Shown here: one piece after another, positions 49,456-59,174 of the stretch
Numbering within the stretch: position 1 is the first letter of the stretch
Layout of the letters: every line of letters begins with the position of its first letter
Source: an uncultured Bacteroidota bacterium
GTDB lineage: Bacteria; Bacteroidota; Bacteroidia; Bacteroidales; SZUA-534
Assembly (NCBI GenBank): GCA_946414435.1
Contig: CAMKOM010000001.1
Coordinates: forward strand, 42,402 to 106,401
DNA: 64,000 nt
Direction of reading: 5' to 3'
Notes under the pieces: model-generated
Seen by the model: the letters and a program-made list of their open reading frames with translations, nothing else
Databases searched by the model: none
Told to the model about the DNA's origin: nothing
Made by a program: the position numbers and the translations under genes

Positions 49456-50478
49456 ATGCCACAGATTGTTGAAAACGCTCGGCTTAAAGAATTGAATTCG
49501 TTTGGGTTAGATGTGACAACAAAACAACTTTACATCTACCACTCGCCCGATGACATTAGGCAACTCATCAGCCTGATTGGCGGTCTGACCGATAAACGGA
49601 TTCTGACTCTCGGCGGTGGATGCAACATCTTGTTTGTCAACAATTTCGATGGTATTATAATCCATCCTGCCAATTCGGGCATCACCATTGAGAGCGAAAC
49701 CGACGATTACTGCCTGGTGAAGGCTGGTGCAGGAACAGTGTGGGACTCACTTGTCGAGTGGGCCGTTGAACGCAATCTGGGCGGTATCGAGAACCTATCG
49801 CTCATTCCGGGAACGGTGGGCGCATCGCCTGTGCAGAACATTGGCGCATACGGCTGCGAAGCCAAAGACGCTATTGAGCGTGTGAATGTTGTGAGTCTGA
49901 CTGATGGCTCAACTGCAACATTGAGCAACGCCGATTGCCGTTTCGGCTATCGCGACAGCGCGTTCAAACACGAGTTGAAAGACAAGTATCTGGTTGATTC
50001 TGTGGTGTACCGACTATCGAAAAAGCCGCAGTTTGTAACTCATTACGGCAGTTTGAGCGGCGAAATTGAAAAACTGGGCGGGCCATCGTTACGCACTATC
50101 CGCCAAGCAATTATCAACATCCGAAACAGCAAACTGCCCGATCCGAAAGTGTTGGGTAATGTGGGCAGTTTCTTTAAAAATCCGACAGTCGACGCTACTA
50201 CAGCAGAAAAACTGCTGGGGAATTTTCCGAACATGGTTACCTACCCCGCAGGTGAAGGCCGCGTGAAGATTGCCGCTGGCTGGATGATTGACCGCTGCGG
50301 ACTGAAAGGCTATACAAACGCTGCAAAAACGGCAGGCGTACACACTCAACAAGCGTTGGTGCTCGTCAATCTGGGCGGCGCCACAGGCCGTGACATCATT
50401 GATGTGGCTCACCACGTCCAAAATGCTGTATATGAAAAATTTGGCATAAAAATCGAACCAGAAGCAATTGTTATTTAG
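49456..50478 (+). CDS. murB: UDP-N-acetylenolpyruvoylglucosamine reductase
   Basis: Start at ATG 49456 (MPQIVENARLKELNSFGL). FAD-binding LGGGCNILF. GYRDSAFK and C-terminal MurB domain motifs. Confidence 0.9.
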   Translation: MPQIVENARLKELNSFGLDVTTKQLYIYHSPDDIRQLISLIGGLTDKRILTLGGGCNILFVNNFDGIIIHPANSGITIESETDDYCLVKAGAGTVWDSLVEWAVERNLGGIENLSLIPGTVGASPVQNIGAYGCEAKDAIERVNVVSLTDGSTATLSNADCRFGYRDSAFKHELKDKYLVDSVVYRLSKKPQFVTHYGSLSGEIEKLGGPSLRTIRQAIINIRNSKLPDPKVLGNVGSFFKNPTVDATTAEKLLGNFPNMVTYPAGEGRVKIAAGWMIDRCGLKGYTNAAKTAGVHTQQALVLVNLGGATGRDIIDVAHHVQNAVYEKFGIKIEPEAIVI

Positions 50479-50481
50479 GCT

Positions 50482-50552
50482 ACTGACAACAGACATCGGA
50501 CTACGGACAAGACTTAAAACCTTTCAACTTATAACTCAAAACTAAAACCACC
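50482..50552. repeat. Word-repeat spacer sharing modules with three other loci
   Basis: CTGACAACAGACATCGGACTACGGACAAGACTTAAAACCTTTCAACTTATAACTCAAAACTAAAACC. It contains modules also found at 1333-1349, 27199-27210 and 35401-35410. Confidence 0.85.
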
Positions 50553-50572
50553 CAATCCTAGCATCTAACCCA

Positions 50573-51214
50573 ATGACTTTCACCACCTTAATCGACTACA
50601 TTGGCACATTTGCCTTCGCGATAAGCGGAATCCGTATGGCGGCGGCAAAAAAATTCGACTGGTTTGGTGCCTATGTTGTCGGGCTGGTGACGGCCGTGGG
50701 CGGCGGCACCATCCGCGACCTTCTGCTCGGTGTCACACCGTTTTGGATGCTTCAGCCTTCATATCTTATTGTCACCGGGTTTGCTCTTCTGGTGGTTATA
50801 GTTTTCGGCAAGCAACTCATCAAAATGAACACCACAATGTTCCTGTTCGATGCCATCGGACTTGGCCTGTTCACTGTTGTGGGATTCGAAAAAAGCCTTG
50901 CAGCGGGATTCCCCATTTGGGTGAATATTATTATGGGTACGCTGACGGGCGCTGCTGGCGGCATTCTGCGCGACACGCTGATTAACGAAGTACCGCTCAT
51001 CTTCCGCAAAGACGTTTACGCAACTGCCTGCATATTAGGAGGTTTTATTTTCTATATCTGCCAAAAAATTGGCATCGGCAATGCCATGTGCGAAATTTTG
51101 AGCGCATCATCAGTGATTCTGATTCGCATCTGGGCAGTCCGCAAAAGCGCCAGCCTGCCGCTGATGAAAGACGACACCGCCGAAGAAGATGAAGCGATGA
51201 AAGGGCGAAGTTGA
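50573..51214 (+). CDS. Trimeric intracellular cation channel (TRIC / UPF0126) family membrane protein
   Basis: Duplicated GGGTIRDLLLG and GGILRDTLINE motifs. Seven TM segments. Confidence 0.8.
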   Translation: MTFTTLIDYIGTFAFAISGIRMAAAKKFDWFGAYVVGLVTAVGGGTIRDLLLGVTPFWMLQPSYLIVTGFALLVVIVFGKQLIKMNTTMFLFDAIGLGLFTVVGFEKSLAAGFPIWVNIIMGTLTGAAGGILRDTLINEVPLIFRKDVYATACILGGFIFYICQKIGIGNAMCEILSASSVILIRIWAVRKSASLPLMKDDTAEEDEAMKGRS

Positions 51215-51349
51215 GACTGAGCCCCATAAAAAAGACCGATAGAATTGCAAAAAACGCAAAGCCTATAAATGCAGAACCGGCACCTAAATTCTCAGGCGCC
51301 GGCTCAACATTCAAATTAACAACCAAATTATATAACCCTTTCTTGTTCA

Positions 51350-52774
51350 CTATATTCCAAACGCATAATATGCAGACTTTCCGTTCGGATAGACGCCCTC
51401 AATGTAAATGCCGCCTTTTGAGTTCGAAAGAATAGCCTTCAGTTCGTCAGCGGAGCGCATCGGGCGTCGGTTGACCGACGTGATGATGAAACCTTCACGG
51501 ATACCAGCCTGCTTGAATTTGCCGTCGGCAAGCGATGTAACCTCAACGCCCCCTCGGATGCGCAGATTCGAAGCCGTTTGCGGACTAACTGTACGCAAGC
51601 TGGCACCTAGAATCTCCATCGACTCGCCCTGTGTTTGCAACGATGTACCGCCGTCGATGTTACGCAGTGTCAGATTCATTGTGCGCGTTTTGTCGCCATG
51701 AAGCACCGTCACGCTGATTTGCTGTCCCGGACGATAGCGACCAATCTGCTCCTGAAGTTCCGACACCTTGTTCACTTCTACCTCGTTCACCTTCATAATG
51801 ACATCACCTGCCTTGATTCCCGCTTCAGCAGCAGCACCACCTTCGGCAACCGAACTGACATACACGCCTTTCAAACTTGTCACACCGTTCTTTTGCGCCA
51901 TTTCTGATGTCACTTCGTTGATGCTGATACCGATAAACGCACGCTGAACAGTGCCGTATTCCATCAAGTCGGAAACGATTTTACGAGCAATGCGCTCCGG
52001 CACGGCAAACGAATAGCCCGAGAACGAACCTGTTGGACTGGCAATCGCAGTTATTACGCCAACCAATTCTCCGGCAGTGTTCACAAGAGCACCTCCACTG
52101 TTGCCTGGGTTCACCGCAGCATCAGTCTGGATAAAGGCTTCGATGGCCGTGTTCTTATTGATAATATTGATGTTACGAGCCTTGGCACTGACAATTCCAG
52201 CAGTTACGGTTGAAGCCAGATTGAACGGATTGCCAATGGCCAGCACCCACTCGCCCACTTTCAAATTGTCGGAATTGCCCCACGGAATGAACGGGAAATT
52301 ATCGCCGTCAATCTTAATCAAAGCGATGTCGGTTGTTGGGTCAGCACCAATCACTTTAGCAGTGAAAGTGCGGTTATCGTCGAGTGTAACTTCAAGAGCA
52401 TCAGCACCTTCAACCACGTGATTATTGGTGACAATGTAGCCGTCGCGCGAAATAATCACACCGCTACCCGACGCCACAACCGGCATCTCCTGCTGCTGAT
52501 AGTTCGGCCGACCGAACAGGAAGTTATAGATTGGGTTCTCGACAACATTATACTGGCTGCGGATTTTGACGTGCACCACCGCATCGACAGTGGCGCTGGC
52601 CGCCGCCGTGAAATCGACCATTCCCGTATAGCTCACCTGCATCGGGCGCGCGCCTTGCAAGGTTGAATCGCTCTGAACACACTTAACATCTTTCTGCTGC
52701 ATATTGTTGTAAATGGCAACAGAAACGGCTCCGCCTAAAACCGACGCAGCCAGAAAAGTCAAAACCTTTTTCAT
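51350..52774 (-). CDS. htrA: HtrA/DegQ-family periplasmic serine protease with two PDZ domains
   Basis: Signal peptide. Trypsin-like His (TNNHVV), Asp (DIALIKI), Ser (GNSGGAL). Two PDZ-like regions. Confidence 0.9.
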   Translation of the reverse strand: MKKVLTFLAASVLGGAVSVAIYNNMQQKDVKCVQSDSTLQGARPMQVSYTGMVDFTAAASATVDAVVHVKIRSQYNVVENPIYNFLFGRPNYQQQEMPVVASGSGVIISRDGYIVTNNHVVEGADALEVTLDDNRTFTAKVIGADPTTDIALIKIDGDNFPFIPWGNSDNLKVGEWVLAIGNPFNLASTVTAGIVSAKARNINIINKNTAIEAFIQTDAAVNPGNSGGALVNTAGELVGVITAIASPTGSFSGYSFAVPERIARKIVSDLMEYGTVQRAFIGISINEVTSEMAQKNGVTSLKGVYVSSVAEGGAAAEAGIKAGDVIMKVNEVEVNKVSELQEQIGRYRPGQQISVTVLHGDKTRTMNLTLRNIDGGTSLQTQGESMEILGASLRTVSPQTASNLRIRGGVEVTSLADGKFKQAGIREGFIITSVNRRPMRSADELKAILSNSKGGIYIEGVYPNGKSAYYAFGI

Positions 52775-53018
52775 ATCTTAATATTTTTAAAAACTGTATC
52801 AAAAATTTCACCGATGCCGCTTCCGACATTCGAAAAACATGACAAAGAAACGAGTCTGAAACGAATTTGTTTTATTTTTTTCGAGGTTTAACTTTTCGTT
52901 AACACACTAACAATGTTGGCATTAAAAATAAAAGTACGTCTGACGTAAATAATTTTCAAACATTCTTTGATTTGAATAAAAGAAAAACTTACTTTAGTTC
53001 GGTAATTTTTTAAGGAAA

Positions 53019-54140
53019 GTGAGTCAGTTATCCGAAAAGAGCTTTGTGTTCGACTTGTTCGAAGATATGCAACGTAACAACTTGAATTACATATATAGAG
53101 GGTTGTTTACGCAAAGCATAACTGACAATATTCTGTTGTTGACCGAAGCGTGCATGCACAACGTTGGTGAAGATTCAAAAATCAAAAAAAGAATTTTCAC
53201 CATATTGGTCGAAGGTCTTCAGAATGTAACCCGCCATCAGGAAATCGACGGAGAAGATGCCGCAACAAACCCTAATCAGGCAGGCATCTTCATTATTCAG
53301 AACCAAAACGGCAAATACTACATCACCACCGGCAACCCTATTCTTAAAGCCAACATCCCCACCCTGACCAAACAATTAGAGAAAATAAACGGTCTCGATC
53401 CTGAATCACTAAAGCTTTTCTACAAAGAAGTGCTGAACAATGACAAGATATCGAACAAAGGCGGTGCGGGACTCGGCTTGATTGAGATGGCGCGCAAATC
53501 GGGCAACAAACTCGATTTCGATTTCTCTGACATCAATGACAACTACTCATATTTCTATATGGGTACCAAGGTTCTGGCGGAAGACGAACCGGTTGACAAC
53601 AACCAACAGGATGGGAATTCGATGGACACAATAAAGGCCATCCACAAGACAATAAACGAACAGAACATAGTGCTTATTTACAACGGACTGCATACGCAAG
53701 ACAGTCTTTTGCACATTCTGTCGATTCTGGAAGAGCACCTTGGCAGCAAAGACCTGAATTTTAGGAAACGAATGGTCTATTGCATAATTGAGATGTTGCA
53801 AAACATTGTGAAACACGGATATAAAGCAGAAGACAATTCCACGAAGGGTATATTCTTTGTGAGCCACAACGGCACTTCGTACCAATTAAACACTGTGAAC
53901 TACATCAAGAACTGCAATATCAGCAAAACCGAAAAGGCCATCAAATTCATAAACGATGTATCGGAAACCGAACTGAACGATTTCTATGACAAAAACCTGA
54001 CATCGGATGAGTCGGACACTCGCAAAAAGTGCGGTCTTGGTCTTGCCGAAATGCGCTTGCGCACGCATCAAAAGGTAAATTGCACCATCTCACCGATTGA
54101 TGATTCGATATCAGCAATTTTCATGCAGATTACTATATAA
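53019..54140 (+). CDS. Internally duplicated GHKL-ATPase-like protein (SiaB / RsbW-like kinase family, DUF6272-like)
   Basis: Two homologous halves. Each has an N-box-like EGLQNVTRH or EMLQNIVKH and a G-box-like GGAGLGLIEMARKSG or KCGLGLAEMRLRT. The listed start is GTG and is unverified. Confidence 0.65.
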   Translation: MSQLSEKSFVFDLFEDMQRNNLNYIYRGLFTQSITDNILLLTEACMHNVGEDSKIKKRIFTILVEGLQNVTRHQEIDGEDAATNPNQAGIFIIQNQNGKYYITTGNPILKANIPTLTKQLEKINGLDPESLKLFYKEVLNNDKISNKGGAGLGLIEMARKSGNKLDFDFSDINDNYSYFYMGTKVLAEDEPVDNNQQDGNSMDTIKAIHKTINEQNIVLIYNGLHTQDSLLHILSILEEHLGSKDLNFRKRMVYCIIEMLQNIVKHGYKAEDNSTKGIFFVSHNGTSYQLNTVNYIKNCNISKTEKAIKFINDVSETELNDFYDKNLTSDESDTRKKCGLGLAEMRLRTHQKVNCTISPIDDSISAIFMQITI

Positions 54141-54142
54141 AA

Positions 54143-54520
54143 ATGGAAAACTACATTGCTAACGGCAACGAACTCACCCCAAAAGCCTGTTTCGACAAGG
54201 AACAGAACACGTTTTCCTTAAGCGGTCGCTCCATACCCGAGAACGCTATTGATATTTACGCCCCAATCATTGATTGGTGGCAGCAGTATCTGCAAAACCC
54301 CAACCCGGAAACCACAATCGACATGAACTTTGAGTACATCAACTCATCGTCGATGAAACAGATAGCTCGTCTGATTGCAATTCTCGACAAGGTTGAGAAA
54401 TCGAAAATAAACATCCGCTGGCATTACAATTCAGATGATACCGACTCGAAAATGCAAGCCGAACGTCTGGCCAAAATGGTGAAGTTCCCGATTGTACTGA
54501 TTGCCGACGCAAGCAAATAA
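54143..54520 (+). CDS. DUF1987 / SiaC-like small regulatory protein
   Basis: 125 aa, paralog of 33406-33792. It starts 2 nt after the upstream kinase-like gene. Confidence 0.7.
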   Translation: MENYIANGNELTPKACFDKEQNTFSLSGRSIPENAIDIYAPIIDWWQQYLQNPNPETTIDMNFEYINSSSMKQIARLIAILDKVEKSKINIRWHYNSDDTDSKMQAERLAKMVKFPIVLIADASK

Positions 54521-54540
54521 TATTTGTTAAGTTGCTGACA

Positions 54541-55104
54541 ATGTTTGATTTCTATTCATACATAGTATTGCCTGTTCTTATCTTTTTTGCTCGCGTGACC
54601 GACGTAAGCATTGGCACCATCCGCATTATTCTGGTAGCGAAAGGATACAAGAAACTGGCTCCACTGGCTGGCTTTTTCGAAACTCTGATTTGGATTGTGG
54701 CCATCAGCAACATTATTCAGAACATCGACAACTGGGCCTGCTACATCGGCTATGCGGCGGGATTCGCAACTGGCAATCTAGTGGGAATGTTCATTGAAGA
54801 GAAACTGGCTCTGGGCCATGAACTCATCCGCATAATAACGGTGAACAACTACACTGCACTATCAGCCAAGCTATACGACAACGGCTTTAGCGCCACCGTT
54901 ACCAATGCTGAAGACCACAACGGTCCTGTGGGCATTCTCTACATTATCACCACCCGCAAAAAAGCCAAAGACGTGGTTGCGATTGTGAACGAGCAAGACC
55001 CGTCGGCTACCTACACCATTGAGTCAATCAGACACGTGAACCGCGACACGTTTATGGGGCAAGAAAAAATCAAAAACCGTAAACTGCTGCTGAAATACAA
55101 ATAG
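54541..55104 (+). CDS. UPF0316 / DUF2179 membrane protein
   Basis: ATG 54541 preferred over the TTG at 54532. N-terminal TM region with ARVTDVSIGTIRIILVAKG, and a C-terminal soluble DUF2179-like domain. Confidence 0.65.
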   Translation: MFDFYSYIVLPVLIFFARVTDVSIGTIRIILVAKGYKKLAPLAGFFETLIWIVAISNIIQNIDNWACYIGYAAGFATGNLVGMFIEEKLALGHELIRIITVNNYTALSAKLYDNGFSATVTNAEDHNGPVGILYIITTRKKAKDVVAIVNEQDPSATYTIESIRHVNRDTFMGQEKIKNRKLLLKYK

Positions 55105-55128
55105 CGGTAAAGTATTTCCTATCAGCAA

Positions 55129-55157
55129 CAAAAAAAGTGGAACGGTTGCGCTCCACT
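55129..55157 (-). terminator. Rho-independent terminator for the minus-strand tri-domain gene
   Basis: On the minus strand, AGTGGA-N10-TCCACT followed by TTTTTTT. Confidence 0.55.
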
Positions 55158-55182
55158 CCTAAATCTCGAATTCCAAGTCCAA

Positions 55183-57648
55183 CTATTTATTTTTCAGGCA
55201 ACTGCCAATTTTACTCTTCACCGCGTTGCAAAGCGAATCGTAAGTGTAACCGCTCGGGTAAATGGGTTGCAGAAATTTGACGCTCACTTTTGAGAAGAAA
55301 TGCGGCAGATGTTTGCCCCGTGGCAATGCATCGTAAGCACCGTTGATAACAACCGGGACAATCGGAACATTGAGCTCGGCGCTGAGTATGGCGAATGTTT
55401 TCTTGAATTCTCCAATCGAACCGTCGTTGGTGCGTGTGCCTTCGGGAAATATGATGATGTTGCGCCCCAAACGCAGTATTTCGGCCAATTTCTGAATCGA
55501 CTCTTTCAAATCGTTGTGAAGGTCCATCACAATAACATTGTTGCGACGCGCCATCAGCTGCAGGAAGCGGCTCTTGACGTGCTTTTTCTTCACGTAGAAA
55601 TATGTCTTGCGCATAATGCTGCGCTTGATGAACGATGCCACAAACAATCCATCGAAGAAGCTCTGGTGGTTGGGTGCAATGATGCACGGCCCCTGCGGTA
55701 TCTGCTCTGAGCCTTCGCCTCGGAACTTGAAGATGAGCTTAAACAGAATCTTGCTCGCGTTCCTAATAAGGTTCTGGGTTATCGATGTTTTTGGAAGTGT
55801 GAGCTGAATCTTCTCCTTCAGAATCATCGACCAATTGATGGTTTCGACCTGCAGTTTGGTTTTATGGTCGGCCACATGACGCGCAAGTTCGCCTATATTG
55901 CTGAATGCCACCAATTCAGCCTCGGTCATATCCAATCCGTACGACTGACGGATGAACTCAATGAGCCCGATTTTGCCAAGCGAATCGAGTGCAATATCGT
56001 ATTCAATGTGCTGACTTGCATGCACTTTGCTATTGGTCTGCTCTTCAACAAACGCCTTCAGGCTTTTGTATTCGTCGAAATCGGGTTCGGGTGCGGCCTT
56101 GCGTTTTTGCGCATTAGTAGCCACGTATTCCTGCAGTTTGTAGCGTTGGATTTTTCCCAAGTTGGTGCGCGGCAGTTCGCGGTCGATGATTGAGAACTGC
56201 ATAATGCGCTTGTACGACGACATGCGCGCGTTGAACTCCGGGAAGAACGTCTCTTTGAAATACCCCTTGGCATCCGGTATCTCCAACTCGTGCATCCGTG
56301 CATAATCGGGCGCGATGAGCGCATGCAACATTCCGTTATGCTCCATCACTGCCACTTCCTTGATTGGTGCCGACGCTGCCATCAGACTCTCCTCCAACTC
56401 CACGGGATTAATGTTCTTCCCGTTCGGAAGCACAATTATCTCCTTCTTGCGGCCTGTAATATAAAGGTATCCGTTTTTATCTATATAGCCCAAATCGCCG
56501 GTATGCAACCAACCATCGACAATAATCTGAGCGGTTTCTTCAGGGCGGTTGTAGTAGCCCTGCATAATGTTCGGTCCCTTTGCAACTATTTCGCCATCAA
56601 CAATTTTCATCTGCACACTCTCGAGTCGCTGCCCGGGTGTGCCCACACGCTCGCGGCCGGGGCGGTTGAAGGTTATCATTGGCGATGCCTCGCTCATTCC
56701 GTAACCCTCGAGCACAGTGAAACCCAACGTTTTATAGAATTTTCCGGTCTCAAGCGGCAGCGATGCTCCGCCGCACACCATTATGTCGATATGGCCGCCG
56801 AATGTCTCATGAACCTTTTTGAAAACAAATCGTCCGATACGCTTATTCGGCCTAATCGATAGAATGGCAAACAACGTTTTGGCGATGAAATTCTCAGAAA
56901 TTTTCACCTTCACAGCCTTATGAATCATTTCGTAAAGCCTTGGCACACCGATAATTATCGAAACTTGGTTTTTGCTCAGCGTTTCCATCAAATCAGCGCT
57001 TTGCATCGATGGCGACATTACCACCGTTGCACCTATCGACAACGGCATAATGACCGAGCCCATAAGTGGCAAAACGTGATGTAGCGGCAACAGTATCAAC
57101 ACTTTGCGGTCGGGACGGTAGATATCGACATTACCACTCACCTCAACGCAGTTTGCACGCAGATTGGCAAACGAAAGCATCACACCTTTTGGTGCGCCCG
57201 TGGTGCCCGATGTGTAGACAATGATTGCAGTCTTGTCGTCGGGATAGTCACGCTTAATATATTCTGATTCAGATATTTGCGGCAATTCAATATCGTCAAG
57301 ACAAACGTATTTCGGTGTATAGTTGAGCTTTATGCCCGCTTCTGTCACCGATGCGCTGTTGGCTTTGCTGAAAAACACCACCGAAGGCTGACAGTCGTTG
57401 AGCATATAAGCCACATCGTCGACCGATGCAGTAGCCTCAATCGGCACAACAATTTTGCCATTAAGCCACCCGGCATAAAAAGCGAAAATCCACTCGGGGC
57501 GGTTTTCTGAATAGATGGCAATCTTGTCGCCTTCTGTATTACTGAAGGTTGCGGCATACTGCTGCACAAGTTTTTGTAGTTCAGAGAAAGTATATGTATG
57601 CCATTTGGTGATAATGGCGGGTTTGTCGAGATACGAGAAATCAATCAT
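55183..57648 (-). CDS. Tri-domain enzyme: AMP-dependent acyl ligase, carrier-protein-like domain, PlsC-type acyltransferase
   Basis: Start moved to MIDFSYLDKPAII (57648). AMP-binding IVYTSGTTGAPKGVMLS, GYGMSE, WLHTGDLG. Carrier-like IALDSLGKIGLIEF. Acyltransferase HX4D in APNHQSFFDGL and FPEGTR. Confidence 0.8.
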   Translation of the reverse strand: MIDFSYLDKPAIITKWHTYTFSELQKLVQQYAATFSNTEGDKIAIYSENRPEWIFAFYAGWLNGKIVVPIEATASVDDVAYMLNDCQPSVVFFSKANSASVTEAGIKLNYTPKYVCLDDIELPQISESEYIKRDYPDDKTAIIVYTSGTTGAPKGVMLSFANLRANCVEVSGNVDIYRPDRKVLILLPLHHVLPLMGSVIMPLSIGATVVMSPSMQSADLMETLSKNQVSIIIGVPRLYEMIHKAVKVKISENFIAKTLFAILSIRPNKRIGRFVFKKVHETFGGHIDIMVCGGASLPLETGKFYKTLGFTVLEGYGMSEASPMITFNRPGRERVGTPGQRLESVQMKIVDGEIVAKGPNIMQGYYNRPEETAQIIVDGWLHTGDLGYIDKNGYLYITGRKKEIIVLPNGKNINPVELEESLMAASAPIKEVAVMEHNGMLHALIAPDYARMHELEIPDAKGYFKETFFPEFNARMSSYKRIMQFSIIDRELPRTNLGKIQRYKLQEYVATNAQKRKAAPEPDFDEYKSLKAFVEEQTNSKVHASQHIEYDIALDSLGKIGLIEFIRQSYGLDMTEAELVAFSNIGELARHVADHKTKLQVETINWSMILKEKIQLTLPKTSITQNLIRNASKILFKLIFKFRGEGSEQIPQGPCIIAPNHQSFFDGLFVASFIKRSIMRKTYFYVKKKHVKSRFLQLMARRNNVIVMDLHNDLKESIQKLAEILRLGRNIIIFPEGTRTNDGSIGEFKKTFAILSAELNVPIVPVVINGAYDALPRGKHLPHFFSKVSVKFLQPIYPSGYTYDSLCNAVKSKIGSCLKNK

Positions 57649-57959
57649 TTGCAAAATAATTTTTCGCGGCAAATGCGTGCAAAAATTATGCCAATACATT
57701 GTGATTAAGAACGTAAACGATGGGAATGGATTGATTGAGCAAGAGTGAATAAAAAAAAGATTTTACAAAGTCCTTCTTTAATAAAAAGAAGACTTTCCAA
57801 GATTGTTTTTAGTGCAATAAAGATTGCAAATCTTGCATAAATATATTTCACATCTCAAAATACACAATTAGTAATATTCTGACAATCAATCAATTTACTA
57901 TTGAAACACGAGTAAAAACGAACAAATTGTCAAAAGGTTCGTATATAAGCCACAAAAAA

Positions 57960-59069
57960 ATGGAAACTATGATGAGACTTGGGAAAAATATTATTCTGTT
58001 GGCTTTGCTGTTGGCTGGCTTTGCAGGTGACGTATTTGGAGCACCAAAATCTGACTTACCCGCTGTAATAAACACTGGGACAAACCAATATACCGATAAA
58101 AGCGAGTATAATATCACCAATACGACTATTTCTGGCAGTTCAACAATTGTTAGAATAAAAGGAAACCTTATTGTTAATGGCACATTAACTGTTACAGGTG
58201 CTACTTTGCTTGTTGAAGGTAACCTGCGTATAAAAAATGGCAGTGTAGTGAATGTGGATGAAGGCGCGATAGTAATGGTTACCGGAGTAGTTGAGTCAAA
58301 CGGACATGCCAATTTATCTAACGACTCTGATTTTGCAGCTATCGGTGGTTTAACCGGAAGCAATAATTTTAACCTTAATGTGGCTGATAATAGTATGGGC
58401 AACGAATGTAACACATATCTGCCTGGTGCGGGATATGCAGACCGGGAAGTTTTGACATTGATAACAAATGAATTGACCGAGATTCTGGAAAGCGCTAATA
58501 TTGATGTTCCAGAAGCTCTTGTATCGATTTCACCTCTACCCATTGAACTCACCTATTTCGTTGCCCGCCGAACTTCGGATGGCGTGAAATTCGAGTGGCA
58601 GACGGCCTCGGAGAAGGACAACGACTACTTCACCATTGAGTACAGTACCGATGCGCTTAACTTCAGCGAGTTGACAACAGTGAGCGGTGCGGGCACGTCA
58701 ACGGAAATAATAAACTATGAATACAATTACAGCACCAATGCTACCGGTGTGATGTATTACCGTCTGCGCCAGACCGATTACGACGGCCAAACGGAATGCT
58801 CTGACATAGTGGCTCTCACCATTGCCGGGCAGCAGGCCGCCAACGTCAGCAATATCGACATAAAGATTTACCCGAATCCAGCGACCGATTATGTGCAAAT
58901 TAATGGGGACAATATCGTGAGAGTGGAATTTGTAAATGCAAACGGACGAGTTCTGTCAGCAGCGAGCCTACAGGCTTCGTACAGCATAAGCAATCTGCCG
59001 CAGGGAGTTAATTATGTAATTGTACACACAACTCAAGGCAACGCCATTCGGCAATTCATAAAACATTGA
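57960..59069 (+). CDS. T9SS-sorted surface protein with beta-helix-like N-terminal region
   Basis: ATG 57960 preferred over the TTG at 57927. Signal peptide LLALLLAGFAGDVFGA. Repetitive GNLIVNGTLTVTGATLLVEGNLRIKNGSVV. C-terminal IKIYPNPATDYVQING...NYVIVHT is a T9SS CTD. Confidence 0.7.
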   Translation: METMMRLGKNIILLALLLAGFAGDVFGAPKSDLPAVINTGTNQYTDKSEYNITNTTISGSSTIVRIKGNLIVNGTLTVTGATLLVEGNLRIKNGSVVNVDEGAIVMVTGVVESNGHANLSNDSDFAAIGGLTGSNNFNLNVADNSMGNECNTYLPGAGYADREVLTLITNELTEILESANIDVPEALVSISPLPIELTYFVARRTSDGVKFEWQTASEKDNDYFTIEYSTDALNFSELTTVSGAGTSTEIINYEYNYSTNATGVMYYRLRQTDYDGQTECSDIVALTIAGQQAANVSNIDIKIYPNPATDYVQINGDNIVRVEFVNANGRVLSAASLQASYSISNLPQGVNYVIVHTTQGNAIRQFIKH

Positions 59070-59115
59070 TTTTAAATCGGTTATTTCCGAATCCAAATTC
59101 GCACCAGTGCGTAAA

Positions 59116-59158
59116 ATAAAAAAGGCCGCCCGAATCGTCTTCAGGCGGCCTTCTGTGT
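59116..59158. terminator. Bidirectional Rho-independent terminator
   Basis: ATAAAAAAGGCCGCC-N13-GGCGGCCTTCTGTGTT between convergent genes. Confidence 0.7.
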
Positions 59159-59174
59159 TATCTAACACTCTCTC

